Of a stretch of DNA of 64,000 nucleotides, positions 56,984-64,000 are shown piece after piece (positions within the stretch are counted from its first letter, which is position 1; every line of letters begins with the position of its first letter). Source of the DNA: a virus. The DNA lies in the IMG/VR virus record IMGVR_UViG_3300045051_000987, positions 1-64,000 of that record. One strand, written 5' to 3'. A program made the position numbers and the translations under genes. The notes beneath the pieces are model-generated. The model worked only from the letters and a program-made list of their open reading frames with translations, did not search any database and was not told the DNA's origin.

Positions 56984-57982
56984 TCACGGCGTGAAGTCGG
57001 CCTTCGGCGTGCTCGTCTCCGAGATCTCGACCTGCAAGCCTCGCAAGCGCTTCGTGACGCGCGCGGGCGTGCGCGGGTCGAGATCGATGCCCACCCCACG
57101 ACGGCCGAGCACGCACGCCGCCTCGAGCACCGTGCCGGTCCCGACGAACGGATCGAGCACCACGTCGTTCGGCCGCGAGCTCGCGAGGATGCACCGGCGC
57201 GGGAGCTCCACCGGGAACGTCGAGTAGTGGTCGCCCTTGTACCGCCCGCCTCCGAACGACCACACGTCTCGGAGGTTCGCGCCCATCGGCTCGCCGTTCT
57301 CGTCGAGCTTCGCCGCGCGCTTCTTGCCCCACCGCCCGAGCCCGTACGACGCAGCTCGAGGATCGGGAACCGTCGCCGATCGCGCGGGGCCCTGCGCCTG
57401 TAGGCGGAGCGTGTTCGGCCTGAGCGGCTGTCGCACGGCGTTCGCGTCGTAGAAGTAGTGCGCGCGCCGCGAGAAGAGGAACACGTGCTCGTGAGACGAC
57501 GTCGGCCGATCCTGCATCGAGCCCGGCACGGGCGAGGGCTTCGACCAGATCACCTCGCTGCGAAGGATCCACCCGTCGGCTTGGAGCGCGAGCGCGACGC
57601 GCCACGGGATCCCGATCAGGCTCTTGCGCGGCAGACCGCACAGCGTGCTCTTGCTCTCGATGTTCGGAACGAGGTCATGTCGCTCGGGCGTCGAGAGCTT
57701 CGAGCTCTTGCCCGTGCTCCCTCGACGCGAGCCCGAGTAGCTGTCGCCGAGGTTCAACCACATCGTGCCGTCCTTCCGCAGCCCGCGGCGCGCCTCACGG
57801 AACGTGAGCACCATCGCCTCGACGAACGCATCGGGCGTCGGCTCCATCCCGATCTGCCCGTCGAGCCGGTAGTCGCGGAGGTGCCAATAGGGCGGGCTCG
57901 TCACGATCGTCTGCACGTTCTCGACGGTGCCGGCTAGCTCGCGCGCGTCGCCGACGAGGATCCGAAACCGCTCCTCGGTCAT
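56984..57982 (-). CDS. DNA methyltransferase, N4-cytosine/N6-adenine beta class
   Basis: TSPPY, LNLGD, IWSK, H..TFP.EL, DPFVGTGT. Confidence 0.92.
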   Translation of the reverse strand: MTEERFRILVGDARELAGTVENVQTIVTSPPYWHLRDYRLDGQIGMEPTPDAFVEAMVLTFREARRGLRKDGTMWLNLGDSYSGSRRGSTGKSSKLSTPERHDLVPNIESKSTLCGLPRKSLIGIPWRVALALQADGWILRSEVIWSKPSPVPGSMQDRPTSSHEHVFLFSRRAHYFYDANAVRQPLRPNTLRLQAQGPARSATVPDPRAASYGLGRWGKKRAAKLDENGEPMGANLRDVWSFGGGRYKGDHYSTFPVELPRRCILASSRPNDVVLDPFVGTGTVLEAACVLGRRGVGIDLDPRTPARVTKRLRGLQVEISETSTPKADFTP

Positions 57983-58194
57983 CGGTGTTCACCCGGGTGA
58001 ACAGGCTTCGAGAGCTCGGCGCGCGCCGCGATCATCGCGTGCTTCAACGGCGAGCCGGTCGGGAGCTCCTCGGTGCTCATGTCGTGAAGGCTGAGGTAGT
58101 CCTCGATCGACGTCGTGAGCAGCTCGAGCACCTCGTGCGAGACGCGCGCGCGCTCGGCGTGCTGCTCCGCTGTGACCTGTGGGCGTGTCGCCAT
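57979..58194 (-). CDS. Hypothetical protein
   Basis: 71 aa, ATGA overlap with methyltransferase. Confidence 0.6.
   Translation of the reverse strand: MATRPQVTAEQHAERARVSHEVLELLTTSIEDYLSLHDMSTEELPTGSPLKHAMIAARAELSKPVHPGEHR
57986..58003. repeat. 18-bp palindrome copy 12 (just upstream of methyltransferase start)
   Basis: TGTTCACCCGGGTGAACA. Confidence 0.95.
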
Positions 58195-58200
58195 GCGCCC

Positions 58201-58210
58201 ATCATGTCGC
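58201..58210 (-). promoter_or_regulatory. Class M motif variant, 6 nt before ATG 58194
   Basis: GCGACATGAT. Confidence 0.6.
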
Positions 58211-58537
58211 GCGTCGACGGCCGGGGATCCGTGCGTACCGGGCGCGCGCAGCGCGTGCCTCTCGGATGATGTGCACGCCGAACTCGTTCACGCGGATCAG
58301 CACGTCCCACCCGATGATCTGGTGCTCGTTGTGGGGCGCCTCGAAGGGAACCATCCGCCACTCGCTCCGCTCACCGACCTTGCCGGCGACGATGAACATG
58401 AGGCGCGAGCACGCCGCCACCGGGTCGGTCTCCTCGGTGTCGACCCACACGAGGCCGGGCCGGTAGCCGCGCGCCGGTGCCCACCACACGCGCACGCACA
58501 CGGTGCCGCGCTCGGGGTGACGCGTTACGAGCTGCAT
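58202..58537 (-). CDS. Hypothetical protein
   Basis: MQLVTRHPERGTVCVRVWW; start uncertain. Confidence 0.45.
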   Translation of the reverse strand: MQLVTRHPERGTVCVRVWWAPARGYRPGLVWVDTEETDPVAACSRLMFIVAGKVGERSEWRMVPFEAPHNEHQIIGWDVLIRVNEFGVHIIREARAARARYARIPGRRRAT

Positions 58538-58938
58538 CGACGGATCGTGTACGAGAGCCCGCGCGTGCCCACCGGATCGGATCCGATGAGGTAGCTCACC
58601 GCGGGCGTCAGGAACGCGAGCTTCGGGCTGTCCGCCTTGAAGTCCCACCCGGCATGCACTTCGGCGATCGAGAACACGCCGCGCGAGGGGGCGTAGCGCC
58701 AGAGCTGCTTGAGCGATCGCGTGAACGCGTAGCGCGCGCGGTAGTCGGCGCCGTTGTCCTCGGCTCGCACGATGGCATCGATCGGTCCCGTGATCAGCTC
58801 TTCGAGGAACGTGCGACACGCCTCGATGCGCTCAGGTCGACCGCCCACGAGATGAAGCCCGACGTTCAGCTCGATCACCGAGGGCTGGTGGACGATCACG
58901 TGATCGGGCTCGCCCCTGATCAGCTCGCCGCGCCTCAT
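58525..58938 (-). CDS. Hypothetical protein
   Basis: 137 aa, ATGA overlap. Confidence 0.5.
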   Translation of the reverse strand: MRRGELIRGEPDHVIVHQPSVIELNVGLHLVGGRPERIEACRTFLEELITGPIDAIVRAEDNGADYRARYAFTRSLKQLWRYAPSRGVFSIAEVHAGWDFKADSPKLAFLTPAVSYLIGSDPVGTRGLSYTIRRCSS

Positions 58939-59300
58939 CGGTCGCCGGCCTTCTTGATCTCGGTCGACGTGAGGATCGGCGGAGCCTGCGGGACCTTCGA
59001 GATGATCTCAGCACCGCACTGACCTGCGACGTCGGCGGAGGGGTCGTGCCAGTGATCGCCGGCGTGTCCGCGTCGAAGCGTGCACACGAAGACGCCCTCG
59101 CTCACGAGCGTCACCGCGGTCTTGAGCGGGCTCGTCGCCGGCATCGCGGCCGCCGCCTCGGCCATCGCGACGTCATGCCGCCGAAGTACTTCGCGCAGCG
59201 CGCGAGCGAACGTCGGCCCGTCGATCCCCGCTGCGAACGCGAAGGCCTCGAGCCCACGCACGAGGCGCTTCACCTCTTCGTCGTCGCTCACCTTGATCAC
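58935..59300 (-). CDS. Hypothetical protein
   Basis: GTG 59300 after GGAGG; C....GH.G.H. Confidence 0.55.
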   Translation of the reverse strand: MIKVSDDEEVKRLVRGLEAFAFAAGIDGPTFARALREVLRRHDVAMAEAAAAMPATSPLKTAVTLVSEGVFVCTLRRGHAGDHWHDPSADVAGQCGAEIISKVPQAPPILTSTEIKKAGDR

Positions 59301-61069
59301 GTGGGCACCTCCGCGAGCATCATGCCGCCCATCGGGATCCCGTTCGGCTGAACCCACACCGATCCCGAGTCGAGCGAGAAGCCGCCGAGCTCGGACGCTG
59401 CGAGCGTCACGAGCATCTTCTCCGCGATCGCGCGCGCCGCACCGACGGGCACCGCGTTGCCGATGCGCTCCCGCCAGTCGCTCTGACTCTTGCCGGCGAG
59501 CACGAGCGGCGCGCCCTTCCACATCGTCGGGATCCCTTGGAGCGACGCAAGCTCGAGCGTCGTGAGCGGGCGGTGCCATGTCCCGTCCTTCGCGATGATC
59601 ACGGGGAGGAACGACGGCGCCTTCTTCGGCGTCGCGGCCGCGAGCCTGAGCGCCTCCTCGATGTCGGCGTTGAACGATGGGCCCGTGCGCGGCTCCGCCA
59701 CCGCGTACGCGCCGCACCCAACATGCGCGGTGCCTGCGATCGTGCGCGCGGCCTGCTCCCACCCGAGCACGGCATAGCCGGCGTCATAGGCGTACTTCAC
59801 GCGGACATCGGCCACACGCGGATCACCGACAGCGGGCCCGCCCGATCCGGGCTGCGTCGCCTTGATCACCGTGCGCGCGGGCTCGCTCCACTTCCCGACG
59901 GCGTACTTGTTCCAGTGCCGGCCCTCGCTCGGCGGGAGCTCGAGCGCGCGCGGGTCGGCCACCGCGAAGCGACCGTTCGAGGGGAGGCTCTCGCCGCACA
60001 CCGCGCCGGTCGGTTCCTCCCACGGCGAGACGCCGTAGGCGCCCGCGTGCGGCCCTCGGGGGTCGGCGACAGCGAACGCCCCGGTCGAGACGCCTGCTCG
60101 CCCTGTGACGGTCGGCGCGGGGCCCTCCCATGCCTTCACGCCGAGCACGCCCCCGAACCATTCGATCCGCGGTTCCTGCACGACGCCGATCGCGTTCGCA
60201 CCGGCGCCCGTGATCGTGCCGGTCGGCTCATCCCACGGCGCGACCTCGTGCCGCTTGAAGACCTCGCGCCTCGCCTGACCCTCGGCGAGCACGCCTTCGA
60301 GGTCACGCCAATCGCCGCCGGCCGGGATCATCGCGATGCGGACCCAGTTGAGGAACGAGATCTTCGGGAGCTCGTGGATCTTCCCGAACGCGCGCGCGTC
60401 CTCTGTCGCCGGCACGGGGAGCGACTCGAGCACCTCGCCGCACGCGCGCACCCGCTTCTTCGGGGGCTGGTAGAGCAGGCTCGAGCACCGCGCCTCGAGC
60501 CTCGCGACGAGCAGGTAGCGCCGTCGACGCTGAGCGAGCCCGCCGATCTCACCGCAGTCGTGGAAGCCCTCGTGCAGCCGGTAGCCGACGCCGCGGAGGA
60601 GCTTCTTCACCTGCTCGAGCATCGCCTTCGCGCGCGTCTTGAGGCGCGGCACGTTCTCGAGGAGCACGAGCCTCGGGAGCGAGCCCTTCCACGCCTCGAT
60701 CATCTTGCGCGTCCACGTCAGCGCGAGCGTGTTCATGCGCTGATACTTCTCGGTCTCGGCGAGCTCCTTCGGGAGGAGCCCGCTCGCCCCCTTGCACGGC
60801 GGGCTCATGAAGACGCAGTCGGGACCGATCGCGCCGTACCGCTCGAGGAGCTCGGCGACGGTGATCTCCTCGACGTCGCGGTGCCACGCCGTGCGCGTGT
60901 CGGTGAGGTAGTCGAAGTCGCGACACGCGTCCGGATCGAAGTCGATCCCGCCGATGCACTCGAAGCGGAGCGCGTGCCCGAAGAGGTGCGCGTGCGCATC
61001 GAGGAAGCCGCGAGCTCCCGCGCCGAGACCACCGAAGGGGAAGAGCGCGCGGAAGACGATCTCGCTCAC
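59297..61069 (-). CDS. C5 cytosine DNA methyltransferase with repeated variable region
   Basis: FGGLGAG, SPPC, ENV, QRRRR, ERIGNAVP; several W..P......V.DPR repeats. Confidence 0.92.
   Translation of the reverse strand: MSEIVFRALFPFGGLGAGARGFLDAHAHLFGHALRFECIGGIDFDPDACRDFDYLTDTRTAWHRDVEEITVAELLERYGAIGPDCVFMSPPCKGASGLLPKELAETEKYQRMNTLALTWTRKMIEAWKGSLPRLVLLENVPRLKTRAKAMLEQVKKLLRGVGYRLHEGFHDCGEIGGLAQRRRRYLLVARLEARCSSLLYQPPKKRVRACGEVLESLPVPATEDARAFGKIHELPKISFLNWVRIAMIPAGGDWRDLEGVLAEGQARREVFKRHEVAPWDEPTGTITGAGANAIGVVQEPRIEWFGGVLGVKAWEGPAPTVTGRAGVSTGAFAVADPRGPHAGAYGVSPWEEPTGAVCGESLPSNGRFAVADPRALELPPSEGRHWNKYAVGKWSEPARTVIKATQPGSGGPAVGDPRVADVRVKYAYDAGYAVLGWEQAARTIAGTAHVGCGAYAVAEPRTGPSFNADIEEALRLAAATPKKAPSFLPVIIAKDGTWHRPLTTLELASLQGIPTMWKGAPLVLAGKSQSDWRERIGNAVPVGAARAIAEKMLVTLAASELGGFSLDSGSVWVQPNGIPMGGMMLAEVPT
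59319..59328 (-). promoter_or_regulatory. Class M motif with short SD-containing leader
   Basis: GCGGCATGAT. Confidence 0.55.
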
Positions 61070-61743
61070 GAGAGATCCTCGAGCGCGTGCGCGAGATCGT
61101 GCACCGACATCCGAGGCATGCGCCGATCGTAGTGCGTCGCGTTGTTCGGCGCGCCCTCGTACGCGCGCCCATCACACTCGGCCTTCACGCTCGCCGCCGC
61201 GCGTCGACGCACCTCGAGCGCGACCTCGTTCGGCACCGACCAGATCCCGAGCATCCCGCGACAGAGGATCGGCTCGATCGGGATCGCGTCGACGAGGAGC
61301 CACCCCACGGGGCCGAGCCACCACCGCGCGCGCTCGAGGTCGACGAGCTCACGCCATCGCGGATCGACAGCGGCGAGGTGCCGCCCATCGACACCGAGGA
61401 CGCGGAGATACGGCCCGCGCTTGTCGAGCGCGCCCTTCACGCGCGCGATGCCGATGATCCGCCCGTACGGGAGCGCGTCCTTCTCGGGTACGCGCGTGCC
61501 CGACGGGAACGCCATGTGTGATCCGGCGTGCTCGATGCTGTCGGTCCCCTCTGCGATGCGCTTCGGCGATGCGTCGTAGACGAGGCCGGCGTGCACCGCG
61601 ACGAACGGCCGGCGCCCGGTCTCCGGATCGAGCTTGAGGATCTCGGCGCTCGGCGTGAGGCGCCCACGGTTCTCGACGTTCTTCGGATCGCGCGGGTCGA
61701 AAATCTGAGAGGCCCACGGCTGGTGCAGCGTGATCGCTCGCAC
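61066..61743 (-). CDS. ASCH domain protein
   Basis: AITLHQPWASQI...KNVENR...VAVHAG...G.IIG...RGMLGIW. Confidence 0.85.
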   Translation of the reverse strand: MRAITLHQPWASQIFDPRDPKNVENRGRLTPSAEILKLDPETGRRPFVAVHAGLVYDASPKRIAEGTDSIEHAGSHMAFPSGTRVPEKDALPYGRIIGIARVKGALDKRGPYLRVLGVDGRHLAAVDPRWRELVDLERARWWLGPVGWLLVDAIPIEPILCRGMLGIWSVPNEVALEVRRRAAASVKAECDGRAYEGAPNNATHYDRRMPRMSVHDLAHALEDLS

Positions 61744-61745
61744 CC

Positions 61746-62012
61746 TCAGCCCCCGTTGCCCGGCGTGCGGTAGTCCGCGCGCTCGTCGAGCTCCACGTGG
61801 AAGGACGACCCGAGCATGATGCGCGCGGGATCGCTGAGCGCCTTGGCGAGACGATCGAGCCGCTCCTTCGTCGGAGGGAAGACGACGACCGTGCTCTCGC
61901 GCGGCCGCACGATGACCTTGAGCACGAAGCCGAACGGTTCGACCCCCACGACGTCGAGCCCGTGCAGCTCAGCCTCGGCTTCGACGTCGGTGCGCGTGAT
62001 GATGTAGCTCAT
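61746..62012 (-). CDS. Hypothetical protein
   Basis: ATGA overlap. Confidence 0.55.
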   Translation of the reverse strand: MSYIITRTDVEAEAELHGLDVVGVEPFGFVLKVIVRPRESTVVVFPPTKERLDRLAKALSDPARIMLGSSFHVELDERADYRTPGNGG

Positions 62013-62338
62013 CGCTCGCGCTCCACCGGGGGCTTCGCGTGATGCGCGTGCGCGGGGCAGAAGCACACGGGGAGCTCGCGCACCTCGGGACCAGGACCGT
62101 TCGGCATGACGATCAGCGGCGAGACCTTGAACGTCACGAGCCCGATGATCCACTCCGCGGGGAGGCTCGAGAGCAGCTCTTCGGAGTCGAGCACGAACAC
62201 GCCGCTCCGATCGGGCACGAGGAGCGGGAGCGCGTCGACCTCGTGCGACGCGAGGCATCCGGGCGCCGAGCATCGCGCCGTCGTCTTGACCGAGATCGCG
62301 AGCCGGATCGGTTCGGGGAACTTCTGCGGGGTAGGCAT
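62009..62338 (-). CDS. Hypothetical Cys-containing protein
   Basis: CSAPGC...FCPAH. Confidence 0.55.
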   Translation of the reverse strand: MPTPQKFPEPIRLAISVKTTARCSAPGCLASHEVDALPLLVPDRSGVFVLDSEELLSSLPAEWIIGLVTFKVSPLIVMPNGPGPEVRELPVCFCPAHAHHAKPPVERER

Positions 62339-62344
62339 GGCCCC

Positions 62345-62354
62345 ATCATGCCGC
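62345..62354 (-). promoter_or_regulatory. Class M motif, 6 nt before ATG 62338
   Basis: GCGGCATGAT. Confidence 0.7.
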
Positions 62355-62358
62355 CCGA

Positions 62359-63156
62359 TCACTGCGCGTCGGCGATCACGTCGTCTTCGTCGTCGCGGAG
62401 CGTCTCGCCCTCGCCGGGCATCTGTTCACCCGGGTGAACACGCGTCGCCTTCCGCTCTTCGAGGTAGCTCAGCACGCGCGAGAGGCGCGGTTCAGCGAAC
62501 CCGAGCGGGCGCAACGATCCATCGCCGAGCACGGTGTCTCGCCCCTCGAAAAGAGCGGCCACGCCCGCCGTCGCAGCGCCGCACACCGGATCGCAGACGA
62601 CGTCGCCGGGGCGCGAGTAGTCCTCGACGATCTGCCGCATCGCCCAGAGCGGCTTACCGCCCGTCATGAGGAGCTTCTCGCGCGGGCCCATGTACGCGCC
62701 GCGTCCGATGGTCCCCCAGCTCGAGAGCTCGGCGGGGCGCGCGACGAGGATGAAGTAGCTCCACGGGCTCGGGCCGTCGCCTCGAAGGCGCACGCGCGAG
62801 CCGGTCACCACGAGAGGGATCGGAGGGAAGCCGGCGTAGTACCCTGCGCGCTCGGCCGCGCGTTGCCATGCGGGCCAGAGCACGTGATCGGTGATCGAGA
62901 CGAGCCACCCTCGATGCACCTCACGCCACGTGTCGACGAAGACGTGCACGTCTTCCGGCGTCCAGAACGCGTAGGGGATCGACGAGCGCCCGCCGGGCCG
63001 CGTGCTGTCGTGCCCGGTGTGCGTGCGCTCGGAGTAGGGCGTGTCGGCCGTGATGAGGTTCACCACCTCACGGCGCGCGCGCAGCTCGCGAGCGAGGTCG
63101 GTGGCGTCAGCGTGGAAGAGCGAAACGCGCCGGTGCTCGAGGAGGGAGATCGTCAC
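62359..63156 (-). CDS. Divergent N4/N6 DNA methyltransferase-like protein
   Basis: DTPY for DPPY; KPLWAM..IV..YSRPGDVVCDPVCGAAT. Confidence 0.75.
   Translation of the reverse strand: MTISLLEHRRVSLFHADATDLARELRARREVVNLITADTPYSERTHTGHDSTRPGGRSSIPYAFWTPEDVHVFVDTWREVHRGWLVSITDHVLWPAWQRAAERAGYYAGFPPIPLVVTGSRVRLRGDGPSPWSYFILVARPAELSSWGTIGRGAYMGPREKLLMTGGKPLWAMRQIVEDYSRPGDVVCDPVCGAATAGVAALFEGRDTVLGDGSLRPLGFAEPRLSRVLSYLEERKATRVHPGEQMPGEGETLRDDEDDVIADAQ
62423..62440. repeat. 18-bp palindrome copy 13 (intragenic)
   Basis: TGTTCACCCGGGTGAACA. Confidence 0.95.
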
Positions 63157-63162
63157 CGCGGC

Positions 63163-63172
63163 ATCATGCCGC
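63163..63172 (-). promoter_or_regulatory. Class M motif, 6 nt before GTG 63156
   Basis: GCGGCATGAT. Confidence 0.7.
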
Positions 63173-63421
63173 CGGACGCTTCCGCCGTCCCGGGATCCGA
63201 TCGAAGCGTCGAAGGCCGAGCACCACGATCGGCGAGCCATCCGGCCACGTCGTCGGCTCCTCGCCCTTCGCGTGCGCGACGCCGATCGGGCACCTCTTGC
63301 ACGTCGGATCCTCGCCGGCCTTGTGGCGTTTGCCGCACGAGCTCCGAGGGAGCCGCGTGTGGATCCGCTCGCACTTGAAGACCGGGAGCCGCGCGGACGA
63401 CGAGAGCGGGAGCGTCTTCAT
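63164..63421 (-). CDS. Small Cys-rich protein
   Basis: C...C...CKRCPIG; ATGA overlap. Confidence 0.55.
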   Translation of the reverse strand: MKTLPLSSSARLPVFKCERIHTRLPRSSCGKRHKAGEDPTCKRCPIGVAHAKGEEPTTWPDGSPIVVLGLRRFDRIPGRRKRPAA

Positions 63422-63699
63422 GGGGATCCCTCCGAGCTGCGGGGTGCCTCGAGCCGGGCGCCCTCGATGCGCGCCCACTCCTTGAGCCACGCACAGAAGT
63501 CGCGGTGATCCTGCTCCTCGAGCACGTGCGAGTCGCGGTAGCTCTTGAGCTCGCGCCACTGACCCCACCGTCTCGACATCCACGTGATGAAGCCGGCCAT
63601 CTTCCCGCCCGGCCACGTCTCGCGATCGGCGTCGAGCATCGCCTCGGTATCGACCCCGTGCCCGTGCGCGCGCGTGTAGGCGACGAAGTACGGGTTCAC
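63418..63699 (-). CDS. Hypothetical protein
   Basis: NPYFVAYTRAHG...DRETWPGGKMAGFITW; GTGA overlap. Confidence 0.6.
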   Translation of the reverse strand: MNPYFVAYTRAHGHGVDTEAMLDADRETWPGGKMAGFITWMSRRWGQWRELKSYRDSHVLEEQDHRDFCAWLKEWARIEGARLEAPRSSEGSP

Positions 63700-64000
63700 G
63701 CCGCACCCACGCACGCCGCGCAGACGGTCGCCCCACGCGCGCGCACGAAGTAGCGGTGATGCGGGGTCGTGCACCGCACGTGCGCGTCGTACCAAGCGCG
63801 GCGCGCGTCGTGGTCGGTGGGCTCGGCCGGGATCAGGCCCTCAGCGATCCGCGCTGCGATGTCTGCCTCGATCGCACGCGCGAGCTCGACGACCTCAGAG
63901 GTCGAGATCGGGGAGGTCTTCGACGTCTCCGATGACGTCGTCCGGTGCGAGCTCGGCGTTGGGATCACCGTCGAGAACGTCGTCTGTGTCGTCGGCTTCT
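63696..64000 (-). CDS. Hypothetical protein, 5' end outside window
   Basis: Frame open to the window edge. Confidence 0.45.
   Translation of the reverse strand, partial: KPTTQTTFSTVIPTPSSHRTTSSETSKTSPISTSEVVELARAIEADIAARIAEGLIPAEPTDHDARRAWYDAHVRCTTPHHRYFVRARGATVCAACVGAA

Noticed and set aside
10456-62440. Palindrome set as a CRISPR array or transposon ends
   Set aside because: Copies are 0.2-10 kb apart with no regular spacers, no cas or transposase gene, and no evident target duplications.

Overview
High-GC (roughly 70% by eye) 64 kb segment of a tailed phage or prophage with a contractile tail. Essentially every credible gene is on the minus strand. Reading right to left: a large accessory region with three DNA methyltransferase-family genes, HNH, ASCH, HicB-like, J-domain and many small unknowns (64-46 kb); terminase small and large subunits (46-43 kb); a non-structural block between terminase and portal (43-31 kb); then portal, head morphogenesis, protease, scaffold, capsid, neck, sheath, tube, chaperone, tape measure and baseplate genes (30 kb to the left edge). 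No integrase, replication or lysis module is recognisable in this window. Best candidate for a new system: a tightly overlapping gene run at 37.3-40.2 kb (ParB-like, C5 cytosine transferase with Arg replacing the motif-X Asn, CmoA-like carboxy-SAM synthase, AroQ chorismate mutase), which reads as a self-contained chorismate > prephenate > carboxy-SAM > 5-carboxymethylcytosine DNA-modification pathway, with a TGT/DpdA-like gene 2 kb away. Other strong sequence signals: 13 identical copies of an 18-bp palindrome (TGTTCACCCGGGTGAACA), three classes of repeated promoter-like motifs (two implying leaderless mRNAs), a split prohead protease, a candidate tail-chaperone -1 frameshift, and a gene broken by a 4-bp tandem-repeat expansion. 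All family assignments are from motif recognition by eye; no searches were run.
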